DNA of 64,000 nt. Source: Ramazzottius varieornatus (lineage: Eukaryota; Animalia; Tardigrada). The stretch lies in contig BDGG01000015.1 of the NCBI GenBank assembly GCA_001949185.1, forward strand, positions 1,231,621-1,295,620, in the 5' to 3' direction. A program made the position numbers and the translations under genes. Under the pieces are notes generated by a model. It saw only the letters and a list, made by a program, of their open reading frames with translations, searched no databases and was not told the DNA's origin. Of the stretch, positions 62,489 through 64,000 are shown piece by piece (within the stretch, counting starts at the first letter, position 1; the number at the start of each line of letters is the position of its first letter).

Positions 62489-63548
62489 ATGCCTAGAACT
62501 TCTTCTGCTGCTCCTGTTCCGGCTACGACGGGAGCTGAACAAGCCAGTCAATCTAGCGATACTCCCGTTATAATACTAGAGGCTGACTCTCCAGTACTGA
62601 ACTCAAAGACTTCTCGAGAAGAATGGCGTGCTCGTCACAGAAAGCAACCTGGTCAGGCGATCGCTTCGACCTCAGGTACGTGGTAAAGCTCCCATCAGAT
62701 AGCCAGACTTTCGTTCTTCTACCGTCATCTCTTTTACTGCAGACTTCCAGTATGTTTCCTTCTTCAGGTGCCACCGCAACTCGACCAAAAACGCGATCTC
62801 AATCCAGCACCGAGGCTGCTCTAAATGACAAGCACACTGGTACTTTGATGATCATTTCTGTGCGAAACAAATTTGGGAAGACTAGGATTTTCAAATTATT
62901 GTTTTTTTTCTAACGCAAGCCAATTTGCAAAAGCATAAAGAGGCTCGGTAGAACCAGACACAAGATTGCTAATTGGTGCCGTTGTTGTGGTTCTCACCGT
63001 GCTTCGTTTTTAGCGTCTGTCGAAATCATTGAAATTCCTGACTCTCCTGAGGAAGTGGTTTCAGTTTCCGTGCTCAAGGTACGAATTATTATGGTCGGCA
63101 CCTTATTGTGGATAGTAACAGCGTTCCCGGCAAACAGACGGTTTTTTTCAATGTTTCCAGACTTCGTCGAAAAAGCGTCCGCAGCAAGAAGCTAGTAAGC
63201 CACAACCTGTTCCAGCACAACCAGCTATTCCCGAAGCTGTTTACAAGTGCCCTGTTTGCCTGGATTCCAATCGTGAGGTGTGGACCGCAGAATCCTGCCT
63301 TAGTTCCCTCCCCAATTCAGATTTTCTTTCATTAGCGAATCCCAGATTGATGGTGGAACCAAGTACTCTCTCATTGGCTTCCTTGAAGATTCGTTTTATT
63401 TCTGCAGCTGAAAGCAAAGGGGATCGGACTAATGTCCATTGTCTGCGGCCACATTCTATGCATGGACTGCGCCAAGGAAATAAAGACGGAGTGCCCTACT
63501 TGCCGAAAGAAGTTCAAGAAGGGGCAGATCCACCCGCTCTTCATCTGA
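62489..63548 (+). CDS. RNF4: RNF4/degringolade-like SUMO-targeted E3 ubiquitin ligase (SIMs + C-terminal C3HC4 RING), 5 coding exons
   Basis: SIM-like PVIILEADS and VEIIEIPDS. The spliced RING reads CPVCLDSNRE|LKAKGIGLMSIVCGHILCMDCAKEIKTECPTCRKKFKKGQIHPLFI*, with the RNF4-type terminal HPxxI. Confidence 0.85.
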
Positions 63549-64000
63549 ACTGTTCCTGTACGTAACTTCGGACTCAAGAGCGTTGGTTTCCCAGTCTTGG
63601 GAAATACTTGTTTGTCCTGGCTTCCGGACCGCAGAAACGCTTTTTTGCGTTCGGGGATCTTGTTGACCAATTTAGTTGCTGTCGCTGGCGACAAAGACAG
63701 TCTCCTTGTCATTACTCTCACTGGTCCATACACTCGCCGACTCATTATTTTCACCGGCTAGGATAATTTTTATCCATCAGTTTATCTTTTGGAAAGTTTC
63801 CATTTTTGATGACTAATTGATTAACCAGTTCGTTATCTGTGGTCTTTCAGTTCCGGGTTTCGGAGGTGGCTAGAGAGGTTACAGAACCAGGGGCGGATTG
63901 ACGCCTCGAGGATTCCCAAGGCCGATCAGCCTCTAACGAGGGGCTTGGCACTGTCCTCCCGTCTTAATTCTGAAACTGTGACGGTAGAAAGGTAGAAGAG

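Overview
Eukaryotic, gene-dense invertebrate DNA with mostly short GT-AG introns. The style would fit a compact genome such as a tardigrade's, but the species cannot be established from sequence alone. Genes in order: intronless V-ATPase subunit D (-), PWP2 (+), phosphoglycerate kinase (-), an intact 8-exon domesticated hAT/ZBED-like gene with four BED-type fingers (+, head-to-head with PGK), a rearranged chimeric duplicate of a TBC Rab-GAP (-), SLC30A9/ZnT9 (+), a 16-kb Shank/Prosap gene with no visible SH3 or SAM domain (-), the parental USP6NL/RN-tre TBC gene (+), QSOX (-) and an RNF4-like SUMO-targeted ubiquitin ligase (+). Mobile DNA: at least six MITE copies (hAT-type with 8-bp TSDs and TA-TSD types, one nested) and a decayed 2.83-kb IS630-Tc1-mariner element with 232-bp TIRs, an intron and DD85E spacing (Sailor-like). 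Most notable: (i) the TBC duplicate, whose new N-terminus derives from the parent's 5'UTR and which gained a foreign last exon; (ii) the catalytically degenerate hAT-derived multi-BED gene; (iii) a MITE carrying three TCACGTGA boxes inside a PGK intron. There are two 50-N assembly gaps. All exon structures were assembled by eye.
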